A DNA stretch of 64,000 nt from Bifidobacterium breve (GCA_945865605.1 CAMBEL010000004.1:396-64395); one strand, 5' to 3'; counted from the stretch's first letter, positions 49,420 through 57,022 are shown. The notes: generated by a model not told the origin, from the sequence alone. A program made the numbers and translations.

Positions 49420-49504
49420 CCCCCCCACCCCCCCCCCCCCCAGCATTCTCGGCACGCTTCGGGCCCTATAAGGGCCTCGAACGTGCCGAGATCGCCCTAG
49501 GGGC
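49420..49504. repeat. palindromic intergenic element, copy 1 (C-tract plus long hairpin)
   Basis: C7-A-C14 tract (49420..49441), then ctcggcacg (49448..49456) / cgtgccgag (49482..49490) flanking cttcgggccctataagggcctcgaa. This 55-nt core, running on through atcgccct-a/g-gggg (about 49448..49503), recurs as its reverse complement at about 52519..52574, differing only at the a/g position. Confidence 0.9.
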
Positions 49505-49589
49505 CTAGTTGGACGAGGAATTGGGCGAGGCCGGCACCCAGAATCAGCAGCAGTAACACCGCTAGCGCGATTGTCGTGCCCGGTCTCAT
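49497..49589 (-). CDS. possible 30-aa hydrophobic micro-protein
   Basis: ATG..TAG ORF below the track cutoff, hand-translated as MRPGTTIALAVLLLLILGAGLAQFLVQLGP, with a single TM-like segment. It lies 56 nt downstream of the DUF62 gene, has only a weak SD, and its stop lies inside the palindromic element. Confidence 0.3.
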   Translation of the reverse strand: MRPGTTIALAVLLLLILGAGLAQFLVQLGP

Positions 49590-49647
49590 CGACCTGTCGC
49601 TCTCACCGGTTCGCTAACCGAGGCACTGATCCGGCCACCTTCGAGTC

Positions 49648-50499
49648 TCATTTGCTTCCCGCTACTTTAATCGGCCGACTTGTTGGATTGAACGCCAGCG
49701 TCACGGCTTGTCCCGCCTTTACACCTAATTCTTCAGCGGCAGATCGTTTGTCGCACGCGATTGCCATGAGTCCATAAGAATCGACCAACAGCAACAGCTC
49801 TCCGGGATTGCCATCTGCATACGTGTGAACCCATCGGGCCATTCGCGCACTCTTTTCATCATCACCCACTCGGACTTCTACCGTTGCTCCCTGCGCGACC
49901 CCTGCCGCTCCCAGTTCAGTCGGGTCCACATTTAGTTGACAGTTTCCAAAGCGGTCTACCCACCACACCTCGCCCACAATTGCGCCGTCGGCGGCCTGTG
50001 GCAGTGACACCAGACCCGGGGTCAAACTGACGGGGTCGATCTCATCACCTAGATCCGACAGGTCCACGCCCGCGGCGAGATACCCGGCTGCTGGAGCCAT
50101 CACATCGCGACCCGCGAATGTTGGACCTGGCGATTCGAGCCAGTACTCGGTATTGGTGAGCGACACCGCGCGACTGGCGCCACCGATCATCGCTACCGCC
50201 GGTGCGAGTAAACCATTGTCTGGCCCGATGAGGACTCCCGAATCTGTTTGCACCGCGATCGCACGGCGGTCGGTACCCACGCCGGGATCTACAACCGCGA
50301 GCACAATTCCTGCAGGTAGGTACTGAATTGCGCGTACCAGCGCTAGGCCACCTGCTCGTACATCGTGCACCGGGATCTCGTGGGTCACATCAACGATCGT
50401 TGTCTCCGGAGCGAGACCGACAATGACCGCCTTGCATACCCCGACAAACTCATCGGCATTTCCGTAGTCTGACAAGAATGAAACAAAGGAGGGAGGCAC
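49648..50499 (-). CDS. SAM hydrolase / SAM-dependent halogenase family protein (DUF62)
   Basis: 283 aa with the N-terminal block FLSDYGNADEFVGVCKAVI and the later VVDPGVGTDRRAIAV, typical of the 5-prime-halo-5-prime-deoxyadenosine synthase / SAM hydroxide adenosyltransferase family. Confidence 0.8.
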   Translation of the reverse strand: MPPSFVSFLSDYGNADEFVGVCKAVIVGLAPETTIVDVTHEIPVHDVRAGGLALVRAIQYLPAGIVLAVVDPGVGTDRRAIAVQTDSGVLIGPDNGLLAPAVAMIGGASRAVSLTNTEYWLESPGPTFAGRDVMAPAAGYLAAGVDLSDLGDEIDPVSLTPGLVSLPQAADGAIVGEVWWVDRFGNCQLNVDPTELGAAGVAQGATVEVRVGDDEKSARMARWVHTYADGNPGELLLLVDSYGLMAIACDKRSAAEELGVKAGQAVTLAFNPTSRPIKVAGSK

Positions 50500-50542
50500 G
50501 GCTCCGACGGTATCTGTTATTGGAACAGCGACCCGACCCGGG

Positions 50543-50574
50543 CTAGCTGGTGTAGTGGCTAGCTGGTGTAGTGA
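50543..50574. repeat. 16-nt tandem duplication spanning the stop codon of the BldC-like gene
   Basis: ctagctggtgtagtgg (50543..50558) is followed by ctagctggtgtagtga (50559..50574) and a partial third ctagct. Confidence 0.85.
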
Positions 50575-50747
50575 CTAGCTAGGTAGGAGTCGACGTCGGC
50601 TTCACGTACCCGAAAGGAACGGCCAACGCGCACAGCGGCAAGGTCGCCTGCCTTGATCAAGCGATAGACCGTCATCGACGACACACGCATTAGATCTGCT
50701 ACTTCTTGGACTGTCAGAAAACGCGAACTTGAAAGTGATTGCGACAC
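50559..50747 (-). CDS. BldC-like / excisionase-family MerR-type small DNA-binding protein
   Basis: 62 aa with the motif FLTVQEVADLMRVSSMTVYRLIKAGDLAAVRVGRSFRV, the helix-turn-helix_17 / excisionase-type motif. It has the proC-adjacent position seen in actinobacteria. Confidence 0.8.
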   Translation of the reverse strand: MSQSLSSSRFLTVQEVADLMRVSSMTVYRLIKAGDLAAVRVGRSFRVREADVDSYLASHYTS

Positions 50748-50821
50748 GCGGCAAGACCCCCTATCTCCGAAGCGGCATCCTAGGCTGTGAAAGGGAAGTT
50801 GTCGAATGTGACCCGAGTGAC

Positions 50822-51667
50822 TCAGGTGGGGATGTTTTCAGGTTTAAGGTCCTCGGCCGCCAACATTTTGACCAAGGGCGCATAACTCGACGGGGAACGC
50901 CGTTCATTGAGTGGAACCACTGTTATCGGGAGCCCCCGAGAGGCGGCGACGGCCAGGGCGACAGCATCTAAGTCTGCGAGTGCGACAACTTCTACCCCTG
51001 CCGCTGCGGCTCCACCCGCGATCCCACGGTCGCCAACAACCAGATCAGGCGGGGGAAGGTCGAACAGCATCTCCCGTGCTGACGCAGGCGATGGATCGCC
51101 GAGAAGCCCATCGCCGTCGGTCATGACGGCCACACCTTCGATCCACCACAGGCGGGCACGAACTCTGGCAGAGGTGTCAAAGGGGCCGGCTTGGGGAGTC
51201 TCGAGCACATCTCCACCGAGCGATTTAGCGAGGCGTGCAAACCCAAGATGGATTCCCAAAAGCGATGCAGGACGGGTTGTGCCGATCGCTATGCGTCCAC
51301 CTCGTTTGGCAACGTCAACCACCCGTTCACGCGCCGCTTCAAACGCAGCGATCCCGAGGTCTGGGCTCATGGACACGCTCGAGTCACCACTGTCCCAGCC
51401 CCAAACGTCGCGAGCGACCTGCGCGACCTCAGCGGCCGTGAGGCCTTCCATGGGTGCAAGACCAAGAAGACTTGCTGGATCACCCGCTGCAACACGGCGC
51501 ATAACCGCTCGAACTTCGGCTGAACCCAATCGATCATGCCGTCCAAACACACGGGAACGAACGAGCTGAGACCGCGCAGATGGCGGCTTACGGCGCGCCG
51601 GTTGAGAAGAAGCGCGCGACTGAAGATCCTCGAGAATCGGGGGCCTGCGCGAAGCGTTTCGCGTCAT
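50822..51667 (-). CDS. conserved hypothetical protein, translationally coupled to proC
   Basis: 281 aa with an ATGA overlap to the proC stop. Basic, disordered N-terminus and an Ala/Gly-rich globular part. No family recognised. Confidence 0.6.
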   Translation of the reverse strand: MTRNASRRPPILEDLQSRASSQPARRKPPSARSQLVRSRVFGRHDRLGSAEVRAVMRRVAAGDPASLLGLAPMEGLTAAEVAQVARDVWGWDSGDSSVSMSPDLGIAAFEAARERVVDVAKRGGRIAIGTTRPASLLGIHLGFARLAKSLGGDVLETPQAGPFDTSARVRARLWWIEGVAVMTDGDGLLGDPSPASAREMLFDLPPPDLVVGDRGIAGGAAAAGVEVVALADLDAVALAVAASRGLPITVVPLNERRSPSSYAPLVKMLAAEDLKPENIPT

Positions 51668-52464
51668 GCGCGCCCAAGTTCGCGGGACCGGGCGGTTGCG
51701 GCCGAAACCGCCTCAAGAATGGCGCCGCGCATGCCGTGCGTTTCGAGCGCGTGTAGACCCGCTGCCGTTGTTCCACCAGGCGACGTCACTGACGCACGCA
51801 GTGTTTCGGCACCATCGTCACTTTCTACTAGAAGAGTGCCCGCGCCGAGCACGGTCTGGTGCACTAGTGCGGCCGCGGTTTCGCGAGGGAGTCCGTTGAG
51901 CACTCCGCCCTCGATCATCGCTTCGGCAAGAAGAAATATGTACGCAGGTCCAGAACCCGATACTCCCGTCACTGCGTCCAAGAGATCCTCCGGCACGCGC
52001 ACAACCGTTCCGACAGCGCCGAGAACGCGTTCCGCAGTTTCCATATCTGCATCGGTCGCATGCGTACCGCCAGCGATCGCCGCCGCGCCGCGCCCAACTA
52101 ACGCAGGGGTATTGGGCATGGCCCGCACTACAGGACGGCCGGGAGCACACCGTTCGAGGTGAGCAATCGTTACGCCGGCGGCGATAGAGAGCACCAGGGC
52201 ATGCTCGGGCAATGTGGGTGCTGCCACCTCGAGGACATCGGCAACATCGCCGGGCTTCACAGCGAGAATCACAACATCGGCATCGCCCACAACCCACGCG
52301 GGATTCGGTGCGACACGTACTCCGGGGAGCCTTTGTTCGAGCGCGTGACGTCGCTCTGGATCGATTTCGGCAACTGCGAGAAGGTCGGGTTCAAAGCCCG
52401 AGGCGACAAGACCTGCCAACAAGGCCTCGCCCATTCGTCCACCACCGAGAAGCGCAACATGCAT
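51664..52464 (-). CDS. proC: pyrroline-5-carboxylate reductase
   Basis: 266 aa with the N-terminal Rossmann fold VALLGGGRMGEALLAGL and C-terminal SPGGTTAAGL, the ProC signature. Confidence 0.9.
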   Translation of the reverse strand: MHVALLGGGRMGEALLAGLVASGFEPDLLAVAEIDPERRHALEQRLPGVRVAPNPAWVVGDADVVILAVKPGDVADVLEVAAPTLPEHALVLSIAAGVTIAHLERCAPGRPVVRAMPNTPALVGRGAAAIAGGTHATDADMETAERVLGAVGTVVRVPEDLLDAVTGVSGSGPAYIFLLAEAMIEGGVLNGLPRETAAALVHQTVLGAGTLLVESDDGAETLRASVTSPGGTTAAGLHALETHGMRGAILEAVSAATARSRELGRA

Positions 52465-52517
52465 GACCTAACGAGGGTACGCGCCCGAGCAGTAAGAAGT
52501 TGGGAACTTTGTCCGTA

Positions 52518-52603
52518 CCCCAGGGCGATCTCGGCACGTTCGAGGCCCTTATAGGGCCCGAAGCGTGCCGAGATCGCCCTGGGGGTTGGGTGGGGGTTGG
52601 GGG
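52518..52603. repeat. palindromic intergenic element, copy 2 (inverted relative to copy 1) plus G-tract
   Basis: The 21-nt perfect arms ccccagggcgatctcggcacg (52518..52538) and cgtgccgagatcgccctgggg (52564..52584) flank ttcgaggcccttatagggcccgaag. GGGGGTTGGGTGGGGGTTGGGGG follows at 52581..52603. It lies 54 nt upstream of the proC start. Confidence 0.9.
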
Positions 52604-52793
52604 CACTTAGGTCGGAACAGAAGAGGGCCCGAGGAACGATTGGCTGTTTCGTACTTCCCCGAACGAAACGACTTACTGCACCTCGGGCCACTCTTTGGGC
52701 CCCACTCCGAAGAGTGCGACACGCGGCAACGTACTCCTCAAGATGGCTTCTGGCAAGCGGAAAAATCTCGCCGCGTCCCGTACCTGATGAGAG

Positions 52794-53291
52794 CTATTGA
52801 GCCGCCTGCGACCGCTGCCGAAATGCAATCTGAACCGCCGCCTGGAACCAGCGCTCGGTGAGTTCGAAAAGCACGCCGATGATCCGGTCGAGTTCGGTTT
52901 CTGAGAGGTGCTCGAGGGCCAGCCGACCAGTTATATAGATGTCTCCGTCGGGGCCGGCCGAGAAACGCGCGGCGTATAGATCGTGGTTGCGTCTGAGCAG
53001 CCAAGCGTTCAATTCGTTGCGACGCTCCACTTCTTCTGGTGCAGGAATGAAGTAGAGCTCGTAGCGCAGCGTGCGCTGGTGCAGATCAAAGTAAATCGTG
53101 GCTGCGTCACGGCCGTCACAACCAAATCGCAAGTACCACCGTCGTAACTCGGCGTCGTACTCGACGTGTTGCACCGCAGGTTGAGACTTCACGGGACCAA
53201 ACAGGTGCGCGTCGATCAACGCGCGTGCAGATTCGAGCCTCGCTGCCAGTTCAGACGCTTCAGTTCCGGTGGAGACCGGATCTACCGGCAC
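52794..53291 (-). CDS. YbjN-domain (T3SS-chaperone-like fold) protein
   Basis: Contains LRFGCDGRDAATIYFDLHQRTLRYELYFIP ... NELNAWLLRRNH. It sits immediately downstream of mshA, as in other actinobacteria. GTG at 53291 is a likely start; the track ORF to 53357 overlaps mshA further. Confidence 0.65.
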   Translation of the reverse strand: MPVDPVSTGTEASELAARLESARALIDAHLFGPVKSQPAVQHVEYDAELRRWYLRFGCDGRDAATIYFDLHQRTLRYELYFIPAPEEVERRNELNAWLLRRNHDLYAARFSAGPDGDIYITGRLALEHLSETELDRIIGVLFELTERWFQAAVQIAFRQRSQAAQ

Positions 53292-54517
53292 GAGACAGGT
53301 TCGCGTGCGAGCAGGTCGGCGTAAAGGCGGCGTAACTTGGCGGCAGTCATGCTCCACCCGTAGCGGCGCGAGCGCAGTTCCGCTGCAACGCCCATCGCAT
53401 TAGCCATGTCTGGGTCATCGATGAGACGCTCCACTGGTACAGCGAAGTCGGCAGGGTCGCGACCATCTACAAGGAAACCCGTAACGCCGTCGTCAACGAG
53501 TGAACAGAGGCCTCCGACTGCCGCGGCAACCACCGGCGTGCCACAAGCGGCCGCTTCGAGGGCCACAAGACCGAACGATTCCGCGTGGCTCGGGACGATG
53601 CAAACATCTACTGCACGATAGAAGCGCGCGAGTTGTTCGTGAGTTTGTGGAGGAACGAAGCGCACGCGATCGGTGACGCCTAGATCGTGGGCAAGTTCAT
53701 GAAGGTGCGCGACTTCCGCTTTGCCACTTGCGCCGCTAGGGCCTCCGACAATGAACAAGACAGCATCGGAGTCTTCTAAGGCTGCGAGCGCGCACACCGC
53801 TAGGTCTGCGCCCTTGAGCGGTTGAATGCGACCGGCAAATAACAGCGCGGGTTGACCGTTGAGATTGAGCGCGGCACGGTCGGCTGCGCGCTCAGCCGCA
53901 TCGCCCACGCGAAATACCTCGTGATCAACTCCGGGCGGAACAACTTCTATGCGGTCGCAGTTCGCGCCATAGAGAGAACGAAGTTGGTGTCTTTCGTCGT
54001 CTGTTGAAGCAAGCATGAGATCGGCGCACCGGATAATTTCTTGTTCTTCGCGCGCACGCTGCACGGGATCGTCGTCTACGCCAGCATCGGCCTTCACGCG
54101 CGCGAGCGTGTGGAAGGTGGCAACGAGCGGACGGTCGAGTTGATGCTTAAGCCGATGCCCTACCGCGCCCGAGATCCAATAGTTGGCATGCAGCGCGTCA
54201 TAGTGAACGTCTTCGCTCGCTACATGTTCAAGCACCGCTGCAGCCATCGGGTCTACGAGATCTACCAGATCATGCTTCGCTACGGGTTCGGCGGGACCAG
54301 CATCTAGGTGAACGACGCGGAACCCCGGCTCCACGTCGACAACTGCATCCTGGGAAGGACGATCGCGTCGCGTGAGGACGTCGCACTCAACACCTGCTCT
54401 GGCCAGCCCGCTCGCTAGCGAACGTACGTAGACGTTCATTCCGCCACCGTCGCCCGTTCCAGGTTGCGCTAACGGCGAGGTGTGAACACTCAATATGGCA
54501 AGGCGGCGCAGGGACAT
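53282..54517 (-). CDS. mshA: D-inositol-3-phosphate glycosyltransferase (mycothiol biosynthesis)
   Basis: 411 aa with N-terminal LAILSVHTSPLAQPGTGDGGGMNVYV, characteristic of MshA, and the C-terminal GT4 block ESFGLVALEAAACGTPVVAAAVGGL. Confidence 0.88.
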   Translation of the reverse strand: MSLRRLAILSVHTSPLAQPGTGDGGGMNVYVRSLASGLARAGVECDVLTRRDRPSQDAVVDVEPGFRVVHLDAGPAEPVAKHDLVDLVDPMAAAVLEHVASEDVHYDALHANYWISGAVGHRLKHQLDRPLVATFHTLARVKADAGVDDDPVQRAREEQEIIRCADLMLASTDDERHQLRSLYGANCDRIEVVPPGVDHEVFRVGDAAERAADRAALNLNGQPALLFAGRIQPLKGADLAVCALAALEDSDAVLFIVGGPSGASGKAEVAHLHELAHDLGVTDRVRFVPPQTHEQLARFYRAVDVCIVPSHAESFGLVALEAAACGTPVVAAAVGGLCSLVDDGVTGFLVDGRDPADFAVPVERLIDDPDMANAMGVAAELRSRRYGWSMTAAKLRRLYADLLAREPVSCR

Positions 54518-54578
54518 AACTTTTCGATTCTATCCGGGACAAGTACAAAACACTCCGGCCGTAATTAGCGCCAATTAG

Positions 54579-54983
54579 TTAGCTGGCCGGGACCGCTTCT
54601 TGGCTTCGTTGCTCCCGATCAGCATCAAACTCACGCTGGAATGATCGATAGACCTCGATGAGCGTCTGCTTTTGGCGCTCGGTAATCGATGTGTCTCGCA
54701 TCACATGCGCAACCAAATCGGTCTCGTCATTGCGTTCGTCGAGAATGCCCGCTCGCACATAAAGCGTTTCGGCAGAGATGCGCAGACCCTTCGCAATAGC
54801 TTGCAAAATCTCGGCACTCGGCTTGCGAAGTCCGCGTTCAATCTGGCTGAGATAAGGGTTAGAGATTCCCGCTAGTTCACTCAACTTGCGAAGAGACAGA
54901 CGATCACGATGGCGCTCTTCGCGAATAAACGAACCGAGATCACGCAGGCGCGCCTCTACTGCTGCGGCTTGCTGCGAAACCAT
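54579..54983 (-). CDS. XRE-family helix-turn-helix transcriptional regulator
   Basis: 134 aa with the HTH LSLRKLSELAGISNPYLSQIERGLRKPSAEILQAIAKGL. Confidence 0.8.
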   Translation of the reverse strand: MVSQQAAAVEARLRDLGSFIREERHRDRLSLRKLSELAGISNPYLSQIERGLRKPSAEILQAIAKGLRISAETLYVRAGILDERNDETDLVAHVMRDTSITERQKQTLIEVYRSFQREFDADREQRSQEAVPAS

Positions 54984-54984
54984 T

Positions 54985-55500
54985 TCAGTTAGTGCCGACG
55001 GCTATCCGTGCAGCAAGAACACTGTCGAGCGCGTCGATGATGCCATGCAAGCTCTTGCGCTTTCCCGACACGTCAAGATCCAATTCCTTGAGCTGCGTGA
55101 TGCGTTGCGTTAGTTCGTCGTCGGCAAGCGTCGGCAAGTTGGCAAGCGTTGAATCGGCGATGAGACCTTCTAGGCCTCGGTTCCACTCGATACTCATTGA
55201 CGGAGCGAGTGAGCCCTGCACACGCGTGTTCGCGGGTGGTGGCCGAGTGCCCTGGTCCGCAAGAATGCGCGGTAAATCATCTATTAGGTCGCTGAGTGAT
55301 CTACCGCGTTTACGGCGATCGATCTCGGCCTCAAGGATTCCGATCCGCGCATGAGCCAGGCGGCGCACATAAGAGACTTCGGTCTCGATCTCGACGCACT
55401 CGTCGCGCATCGCACGAATGTCGTCCAGTGAGCGTCCATCTACGCCGTCTAGGTAGGTGCTCTCAAGGACACGATCGAGTCGCCGTTGTTTGGCTGCCAT
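54985..55500 (-). CDS. coiled-coil protein, RsiG-like (putative c-di-GMP-binding anti-sigma-type) candidate
   Basis: 171 aa, predicted helical. Two copies of an E/D-x3-S-x2-R-x3-H motif: EVSYVRRLAH in helix 1 and DVSGKRKSLHGIID near the C-terminus. Its stop lies 1 nt upstream of the XRE regulator gene start. Confidence 0.4.
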   Translation of the reverse strand: MAAKQRRLDRVLESTYLDGVDGRSLDDIRAMRDECVEIETEVSYVRRLAHARIGILEAEIDRRKRGRSLSDLIDDLPRILADQGTRPPPANTRVQGSLAPSMSIEWNRGLEGLIADSTLANLPTLADDELTQRITQLKELDLDVSGKRKSLHGIIDALDSVLAARIAVGTN

Positions 55501-55536
55501 AGACCACGCAGGCTACCGCGGCGCCACGCCCAGTGT

Positions 55537-55803
55537 TCACCCGCCGGATACGGGTGGGAGGATCGCAATCTCGTCTCCATCTTGGAGTTCAGTCTCTTCG
55601 GCTCGTCCCCGCGCTTCACCTTGCCCTGGTTCTTCGCCGTTTACCCAGACCCGTGACGTTTCCAACACCAGTCGAAACTGTTCACCGAATCGCTCGCTCG
55701 CCTGGGCGAGTAGATCACCGAGCGTCGTCGCGTAGAAGTCAGCGCTGCCGGTTCCCGCGGCTTCTCGCGCACCGGCAAAACATCTCAGGCGCACCGACGC
55801 CAT
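55537..55803 (-). CDS. moaD: MoaD/ThiS-family sulfur-carrier protein
   Basis: 88 aa with beta-grasp-like length and the C-terminal diglycine ILPPVSGG. Confidence 0.75.
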   Translation of the reverse strand: MASVRLRCFAGAREAAGTGSADFYATTLGDLLAQASERFGEQFRLVLETSRVWVNGEEPGQGEARGRAEETELQDGDEIAILPPVSGG

Positions 55804-55807
55804 CGAG

Positions 55808-56659
55808 TTAGCTCGATACGGTCGCGAGGCCGTCCTTGATCACAACGTCGCCGTCACCATTTCGGGTCTCGAATCCGTAGACAGTGTTCCCATCTTCGAC
55901 TCCGAACTTCCAAAACGTTGTCGTGATCTCTTCGCCAGGCAGCACGGGCTTCGAGAAACGCACGACTAGTCGCTTCAGGCGCGTGGAGTCGCCGTCGCAT
56001 AGTTCCGAAACCGCTGCAGTTGAAGTGAACGCCATCGTGCACAATCCGTGAATGATGATGCCGGGTAGCCCTACCTGCTTCGCTATTTCTGCGTCGAGGT
56101 GAATGGGCATGTTGTCACCCGACGCTTCGGCGTAGCGATACGTCTGGTCATCATCAAGCTTCTGAGTGACCGAGCCGACCGGATCAGTCGCCTTCGTCGC
56201 GGCATCAAGCTTGTGCGCTGGAGCTTCTTCGCCCCCACTCTCTCCTTCGCTAACCCCACGGAAGAATGAAGTCATGTACTGCTCGACAATCAGGTCACCC
56301 GTCTGGTCACGCGACTCGACCTTCACAACAACCGACGTTCCGTTCGGCTTGACATGGATTCCAATCGGAGCGGCCGTCGATTTAAGAACCATGCCTGGTG
56401 TGATGGGCGCGTGGAAACGCATGTCTTGTTCCCCATGCACGACAAACAAGAGAACCTCTGGCGGAGTGACCCCTGCCATCGCGCCGGCCATCGTGTCCCA
56501 AATCGGAACGACAGCGAATATGGGAGGAGCCACTTGGCCGCTTGTGTGGGCGGGGCTGGTGTCGTTGGTAGCCGCCGCATACGCCTTAGCGCGCTCGGCT
56601 TCGACCTTGAACTCCGGACCTTCAGTCCACTGCCCTAGCTTTTCGATTGCGAACCCCAT
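55808..56659 (-). CDS. MaoC-like double hot-dog (R)-hydratase / dehydratase
   Basis: 283 aa from the ATG at 56659, with GGGAGGAG upstream. The C-terminal half carries YAEASGDNMPIHLD ... GIIIHGLCTMA, a hydratase-2-like motif. The track ORF to 56794 is a 5-prime extension. Confidence 0.78.
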   Translation of the reverse strand: MGFAIEKLGQWTEGPEFKVEAERAKAYAAATNDTSPAHTSGQVAPPIFAVVPIWDTMAGAMAGVTPPEVLLFVVHGEQDMRFHAPITPGMVLKSTAAPIGIHVKPNGTSVVVKVESRDQTGDLIVEQYMTSFFRGVSEGESGGEEAPAHKLDAATKATDPVGSVTQKLDDDQTYRYAEASGDNMPIHLDAEIAKQVGLPGIIIHGLCTMAFTSTAAVSELCDGDSTRLKRLVVRFSKPVLPGEEITTTFWKFGVEDGNTVYGFETRNGDGDVVIKDGLATVSS

Positions 56660-56836
56660 GCTCGGCTCCTCCCGATTTCGGCACGTGCGCGCCAGAATTG
56701 ACGAAGCGGATGCTAGGCGAGCCCGAAGAAGTGATCCCAATGGCACCCTCATACCACGCTTACGTCGGACGCTTGGCGCACAATCCACCGCCACCGTGCA
56801 CTACACGACAAATGCTCGGGGGTTGGAAGAGCGGGG

Positions 56837-57022
56837 TTACGAAGGCGTGGTTCCTCCATCGATCCGCTCTATTGCCGCTTCTATCTCCGCCAACTCGAGT
56901 TCTAATGCGTCGAGAGTCGGCATTTCCTGTTCTTCGATTGCGGTGGCGCTCTCATTGGCCGCGCTCTCATAACCGAATGCTGTGTCAGCACTTCCGGCGG
57001 GCGTTATCTGGTCTGCTTCCAT
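56837..57022 (-). CDS. small acidic hypothetical protein
   Basis: About 61 aa counting from an internal ATG; the track ORF of 88 aa overlaps the upstream gene. Very acidic, with a C-terminal helix LDALELELAEIEAAIERID. Coding status is uncertain. Confidence 0.35.
   Translation of the reverse strand: MEADQITPAGSADTAFGYESAANESATAIEEQEMPTLDALELELAEIEAAIERIDGGTTPS

Noticed and set aside
50559-50747. Excisionase-type HTH protein as a prophage or integrative-element marker
   Set aside because: It has no adjacent integrase or att-like tRNA junction. Small BldC-like MerR/excisionase-fold regulators next to proC are chromosomal housekeeping regulators in actinobacteria.
49420-52603. Inverted repeats bracketing a 3-kb segment, read as a composite transposon or genomic islet
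   Set aside because: No transposase, integrase or target-site duplication is visible. The enclosed genes (proC, its coupled neighbour, the BldC-like gene) form a conserved actinobacterial core neighbourhood. I treat the repeats as REP-like elements, although inversion remains testable.
52604-52720. Calling the C-loop hairpins a bona fide 6C RNA
   Set aside because: Loop C-content and hairpin arrangement only loosely resemble 6C, and the usual genomic context is absent. I kept it only as a generic structured-RNA candidate.
52784-52791. CTGATGAG, the conserved hammerhead ribozyme core heptamer plus G
   Set aside because: The flanking sequence cannot form stems I-III and no properly placed GAAA follows stem II. 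It looks like a chance occurrence at the end of a coding region.
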